Origin: Antedon mediterranea
Taxonomy: Eukaryota > Animalia > Echinodermata
Assembly (NCBI RefSeq): GCF_964355755.1
Contig: NC_092672.1
Location: forward strand, 2,852,001-2,916,000
Length of the DNA stretch: 64,000 nt
Direction of reading: 5' to 3'
The translations under genes and the position numbers were made by a program. The notes below the pieces were generated by a model, which was not told the origin of the DNA, did no database searches, and worked only from the letters and a program-made list of their open reading frames with translations. Positions 58,001-64,000 of the stretch are shown piece by piece; the first letter of the stretch is position 1, and each line of letters starts with the position of its first letter.

Positions 58001-61000
58001 TGGTAAACATACACACTGTATATGCAGTTCTGCAAAAACTAAAATCATGTTTTTCTAGTTGAAATAATATAGAATAATTTTGACATGATCACTAATAATT
58101 TAATATGAAAACTCATTCTACACGGCAACGTCATCTAGCAATGTTTTAACGACGTGTGATAATCTGTGCCATTCCATACTGGCACCCTGTGTAATGTATT
58201 AACATGGGTTTGCTGTTGTGAAACCATATCATATTGTCATGCTCAGCTGATGTTCACATGAGATGTTTTTTTATGAATCAAAATTACGTCAAGAACACAC
58301 AATGTATTGTGCTATCATAATAGGTATGGAATGTGAACTGAAGGTAATTGCACCAATTTTAGTGTACCTACAGTAATACCAATTGTCGTAATAATTAAAC
58401 GATAAGGGTTTAATAACACAAGACAAAGATAATGGCTGTATTAAGGAAAATTATCACTTTTATATGTTGTTATTCGAAAATGTTTTCTCAATGGAGAGAA
58501 CTTCTCTTAGATTAATTGTTTGCTATTAATTTGTTTAATTTTGCTGTTTAAATTTGTTTATGAAAATCAAATTCCTTTTAATTCTGAAACAATATCAATC
58601 AATCAATCAATCAGACTTATATAGCGCCGGTATCCATAAAGGTGCTAAACAAAGTTAAACAGGAAATTAGATATGAATTGAATTTGAATTAGATTTGGTT
58701 AATGTGTTGACCTATAGGAACAATAAGCTTATAGGGTTCTAGATCCAAGGAGATGGGTCATATATATTACTGAGTACAATATTTGCAAGTTTAATATTCA
58801 TTTAAGAAAACCAAGAAAACGATAAAATTAATAAGAAATAAATTGTCAGGACTACTGCAGCGTATGTTATATTTCTAAAAGCGGGTAGTGAAATGCATTG
58901 TTGGTAATCTAGTGTCCGACTTAGACCTTAGTGAATAAATTAGAATATGTGTTAGTAAACAACAATATCAAGCTATGACAAATAGTAAATTTCACAGATA
59001 ACAATATTATTAATGTAAATGTTGTATCTAAAATCAATATTTCAGATGCAAAGTCAACCTTTGATTTGGAATATTTGCAGATTATATATATATTACTTTT
59101 CTTTCTTGTTATACTATTTTTTTGGAAATTAAAATGGTTTATTAAAAAAAGTAAAAAAAAAATATAGTTTCTCATATGGATAGCTGACAGATAGATAGCT
59201 ACAGTTGTAGGTACCAACATTAGGTGCCACAGTCCTTTATACAAGCATAGGAAAATAAATGTTGATTGAATATAAAACAAAGCATTGTCACTGGGATGTT
59301 TTAGAATTGTGTCTATTGCTTATCATCATCTAATTATTAATCTTTGCTCATTCAATTTCTTATTAATGATTGACAGATGACAATACAAGATGATGGCAAA
59401 GAAGACGATAGTTCATTAAACATTGACTGCACAATTTATTGATTGTTATTATTATCTGTGTTTAACAATTTGTTTCACTATAGCTTGAAATTGTTATATA
59501 TGTTATATATATATATTTATATATCTTCTACATTAGTGGAACAAAGAGAAAGGGTTTTGAGGGACAATATGCAAATTGATGTTAGAGAGAAATATGGTGA
59601 CATTAGCGAGAAATTTGATGACATTAGGGAGAAATTTGATTACATTAGAGAGAAATTTGATGACAGCGAGAAATGTACAAAGGAACTTCTCAGTAAATAA
59701 TCAATGTAGAGATATATACATATATATTTTAAAACATAGCCTTATATGTAGCTGAATGTGAGATTGCATTTAGATGCTTAAAACAAGCTGTCATACACAC
59801 TGATGCGATGGCTCAACGTCTGTAGTAGTCCCGGTTCTCTTCACGGTGATCCCTGCGATCGGGAGAATGATGGCGATCTCGATGATCACGAGATGAGTAA
59901 TCTCGTGAGGAGTGCACATGGCTACGGTGCTCACGACCCCTATATCTGTCAGGTGATCTTGAAAAAATGGTTTGCAAAAATACATTTATATGCATATATA
60001 TTATTCACAATTGTTTACCAAACATTGATAAAATAAAAGTATATCTACCATCGAATTAATCTTTTCATTCACCAATTCCCAATATTTTGGGGTTGATAGA
60101 ATTAAAAGATTATCACCATGACTACTAAATGATAATTACATGATAAAAATATTAAAAATCATAAATTTATTGCAACATTAAAACTTAAAAAGCCATTATA
60201 AAATTTCCACCATGACAAAATGATTTCCCAAAAAATATAATTCAACATATCATGCTTAAAAATGGCGGACTCATGCATTCGATAATGAATAAAAACACGA
60301 ACAAAAATTTGCTTATATTTAAATTTAACTATCAACATTTAAAGAAGACTGCCTTACAACACAAACATTGAACAAGTTTAAGTTGTGCTTTCATCTTTAT
60401 ACACTGCAAGTATACGTTACCATATATTGCCTTCATCCTTATTTTTCTGAAAGCAGATACTTGGGAAAAATCAATTTGTTTATATATTTATCAACATCTT
60501 TTCAGATGTGATCTGTACCTTGTTATTCTACGGGCATCTAAAAAGCTGGGCGAGTCCCGTCGTTTGCGGATTGGAGACCACTGCTTGCCGTTTTCTTTGC
60601 TGTTACTACGTGAATGCCTTCGTTTTTCCTTGTCTTGTGAGTATGATCTTGAACGACGATAAGTTGGGCTGAAGAAGAAAACAAACTTTAATTAAATATA
60701 ACAAGATAAGTAGTAAGCGCAATAATTTTTATATATTTCAGGTGATGATATTTTTTTGGGATAGAGTTACTTGTGGTAAACTGCATTCACAGTTGAATAC
60801 AGTTATTAATGGTTAACATAAAAATCACTGAACAAAAACTTTTTGAACTCTTCAATTCCAGAAATTTAAAGACTGTATTATTTCGTTATTTCATAATAGA
60901 ATGATACACATACCTATTGCTTCTAGAACGAGAGAAGCTTCTGGACTTTGAACGTCTACTGGGGCTATCAGAATGTCCGCGAGACCTGTAAATAATAATT

Positions 61001-62715
61001 AAACACAGGTAAAAAAGATTTAATTCAAATACAGAACAAAATAAATCAAAGCATTTTATTACCATAGAAACTACTGACCTATGCTTCTTGCGAGGTGTAT
61101 GACTACGACTATGTGATCGGCTTGACTCGGACGAGTAATCGGACACGGGTGAACGGGATTTGTGCTTTCTTCTCCTCTCATCAGATTTGTTGTAATCATG
61201 ATGCTCCTTTCTGCGGGATCTTTTGGATGACTGCGATTTTTGATGATCGGAAGTGTGGTCTACCTCGTGGGCAGAATCAGCGGCAGATTCAGACTCGTCA
61301 TCGTTTCTATGATGTTTTCTAAAGATACAATAAACAACAACAAATTATACATTTGATTGATTGTATCTGAATATAATATATTAAACACCTCAGATAAATA
61401 TATAGCAGTAAGTGTCTATGTTGAATACAGCAAGTGTCGAAGTTGAATATAGTAAGTGTCTAAGTTGAATATAGTAAGTGTCTAAGTTGAATATAGTAAG
61501 TGTCTAAGTTGAATACATGTGTCTAAGTTGAATACAGTAAGTGTCTAAGTTGAATACAGTAAGTGTCTAAGTTGAATTCAGTAAGTGTCTAAGTTGAATA
61601 CAGTAAGTGTCTAAGTTGAATACAGTAAGTGTCTAAGTTGAATACAGTAAGTGTCTAAGTTGGATACAGTAAGTGTCTAAGTTGGATACAGTAAGTGTCT
61701 AAGTTGAATACAGTAAGTGTCTAAGTTGAATACAGTAAGTGTCTAAGTTGAATACAGTAAGTGTCTAAGTTGAATACAGTAAGTGTCTAAGTTGAATACA
61801 GTAAGTGTCTAAGTTGAATACAGTAAGTGTCTAAGTTGAATACAGTAAGTGTCTAAGTTGAATACAGTAAGTGTCTAAGTTGAATACAGTAAGTGTCTAA
61901 GTTGAATACAGTAAGTGTCTAAGTTGGATACAGTAAGTGTCTAAGTTGAATACAGTAAGTGTCTAAGTTGAATACAGTAAGTGTCTAAGTTGAATACAGT
62001 AAGTGTCTAAGTTGAATACAGTAAGTGTCTAAGTTGAATACAGTAAGTGTCTAAGTTGAATACAGTAAGTGTCTAAGTTGAATACAGTAAGTATCTAAGT
62101 TGAATACAGTAAGTGTCTAAGTTGAATACAGAAAGTGTCTAAGTTGAATACAGTAAGTTGGTAAGTTGAATACAGTAAGTGTCTAAGTTGAATACAGTAA
62201 GTGTCTAAGTTGAATACAGTAAGTGTCTAAGTTGATTACAGAAAGTGTCTAAGTTACTCATGTTATTTAAATTATTTATATATTCATCGAGCAGATACTA
62301 GTATTTGATTGAATGCTCACATGTAAACAATACATTTAAATATTCTCTTTGAAACAATTATTTCCATTTTGCCATAACAATTTTATATCTTAATTCACTG
62401 ATTTTTACACAAACTGATCACATGAAATAAAAAAAAATACTAGTGCTTGAATTTTAAAGTAAAAATATATCCATCCATCATTTTAAAAGTATAAATAATC
62501 ATTTTTGTAAAAGTAAATGTTTTCCACTGACGCCAAAGAAATGTGATGCTTGTAGGCGACTGTTTTGGAAATTGCTTGAAGGAATTTACATAATGACGTG
62601 CAAGTTTATTAGGAATTTGAGAATTCATTTAATCAGCATTCATTAAATTATGAAATGTCAAGTGTATTAATGTTCTTACCTTCTATGGCTTCTATGCTTT
62701 TTACTTCTATGTGAT
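55032..62715 (-). CDS. Srrm234: 3' part of Srrm2/3/4-family (Srrm234) splicing factor, eMIC-containing isoform. Exons 62715-62680, 61318-61079, 60985-60914, 60668-60519, distal terminal exon 55191-55032; 5' part lies beyond the window
   Basis: RS-rich phase 2-2 exons. The spliced junction reads RKRRDSPSFLDARRIT|SARKRPIPYSRP, matching the SRRM3/SRRM4 eMIC signature as I recall it (RRRDSPSHLEARRITSARKRPIPYYRP). Confidence 0.92.
55438..55641. mobile_element. Near-palindromic 204-bp MITE with TAA target duplication
   Basis: AGCCTGTTTTCCTGTCGACGTTATTCGACGCTATCGT...ACGATAGCGTTGAATAACGTCGACAGGAAAACAGGCT, TAA on both sides. Confidence 0.9.
58594..58650 (-). mobile_element. 3' tail of an L2-like LINE/SINE
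   Basis: On -: GGCGCTATATAAGTC followed by (TGAT)n. A similar tail is on + at ~45783-45845. Confidence 0.5.
59813..59957 (-). CDS. Srrm234: Proximal alternative terminal exon of Srrm234 (eMIC-truncating isoform)
   Basis: Acceptor TTTTTCAAG is phase-compatible with the 60519 donor. Reads (R)SPDRYRGREHRSHVHSSRDYSSRDHRDRHHSPDRRDHREENRDYYRR*. Confidence 0.82.
61405..62256. repeat. 22-bp minisatellite (CAGTAAGTGTCTAAGTTGAATA), ~38 copies, intronic
   Basis: Directly visible. Confidence 0.97.
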
Positions 62716-62992
62716 CTGAAATAAAAATTTCAAAAGTAATATTATTATATAATGGGTTTATCATAAAAAATAATAACTAGTCTATATAAATACGTAGTAA
62801 GCTACTAAGAAAAAAAAACATAAAACCTTAATTTACTGAATCTAGATTTGATGTAAAAACAACATAAAGATTTATTTCGTATGTTTATCTAGGTACTTTT
62901 TTTTATTTCTACTAACATCATGCACTATGATATGTATATACTGACTATTTCTATTTAAATGTGTCAAATTTTGTTTCTAATATACCAACAAC

Positions 62993-63510
62993 TACAGTAC
63001 TGAATAGGGTATGAGGTCACCTAAAACATGGATCAATGAGGGGTATGTACAGTACTGACTAGGGTATGAGGTCACCTAAAACATGGATCAATGAGGGGTA
63101 TGTACAGTACTGACTAGGGTATGTACAGTACTGACTAGGGTATGAGGTCACCTAAAACATGGATCAATGAGGGGTATGTACAGTACTGACTAGGGTATGA
63201 GGTCACCTAAAACATGGATCAATGAGGGGTATGTACAGTACTGACTAGGGTATGAGGTCACCTAAAACATGGATCAATGAGGGGTATGTACAGTACTGAC
63301 TAGGGTATGAGGTCACCTAAAACATGGATCAATGAGGGGTATGTACAGTACTGACTAGGGTATGAGGTCACCTAAAACATGGATCAATGAGGGGTATGTA
63401 CAGTACTGACTAGGGTATGAGGTCACCTAAAACATGGATCAATGAGGGGTATGTACAGTACTGACTAGGGTATGAGGTCACCTAAAACATGGATCAATGA
63501 GGGGTATGTA
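62993..63510. repeat. 55-bp minisatellite, ~9 copies, intronic
   Basis: Unit ACAGTACTGACTAGGGTATGAGGTCACCTAAAACATGGATCAATGAGGGGTATGT. Confidence 0.96.
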
Positions 63511-64000
63511 AACCTTTGTCTACACATCAAACTATGTTGACAAAAAAAGTGTGATGTGCCCAAATATGGTAGTGATATGACATCATCACGCTCATATATG
63601 GGCACATCACATTTTTTTTGTCGCATAAAGTTTGATAGTGTAGACAGAGCTTTAGAGGATCAAAAATAAGTAGAGTGACCTATAAATAATAATAATTTAT
63701 TATGAATTTGGAAGACTGGCTTACTGTATATACCAGAGTGGGCTTATATTTGAAATATAAAAAGGATGGGCCTATACCTGGGTCAGTAAAGTAATAAAGA
63801 AAGTGAGATGAGTTTAATGCCCAGGGGGGGGGGGGGACCCATCAAAAACAAACACACATACATAGAATACAGTTAGAATAGAAATACCAAATACCAAAAA
63901 CCATAGATAAAGCTCTGTCTACACTATCAAACTTTATGCGACAAAAAAATGTGATGTGCCCATATGGACATGATGATGTCATATCACTACCACATTTGGG

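Noticed and set aside
57134-59700. Hydrophobic ORFs in the Srrm234 intron/3' UTR
   Set aside because: Low-complexity AT-rich translations and MITE/LINE remnants, with no splice-compatible structure or domain motifs.
61405-63510. Regular repeats as a CRISPR array (also 5757-7120 and 19494-19976)
   Set aside because: Head-to-tail units with no unique spacers, no cas genes, and a eukaryotic intronic context.

Overview
AT-rich, intron-containing animal genomic DNA, probably a marine invertebrate bilaterian (echinoderm-like; this is inference). The ORF track is mostly exon fragments and repeat artefacts, so I spliced gene models by hand using GT-AG junctions and phase consistency. From left to right: the last two exons of MRPL44; two tandem paralogous 5-exon genes with signal peptide + single FN3 + TM + short tail; a SULT1-like cytosolic sulfotransferase (-); two tandem 8-exon secreted MMPs (-); a disrupted intronless class A GPCR (-) divergent from an intact but motif-degenerate one (+); and the 3' part of an Srrm2/3/4 (Srrm234) splicing factor (-). 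That last gene has two alternative terminal exons, only the distal one completing the eMIC microexon-enhancer domain, which is the most notable signal. Non-coding DNA is dense with PIF/Harbinger-type MITEs, a 4.1-kb long-TIR element, a Helentron/HINE-like element, SINEs, two Penelope-like repeats with minimal hammerhead ribozyme cores, and several minisatellites. Repeat boundaries are approximate.
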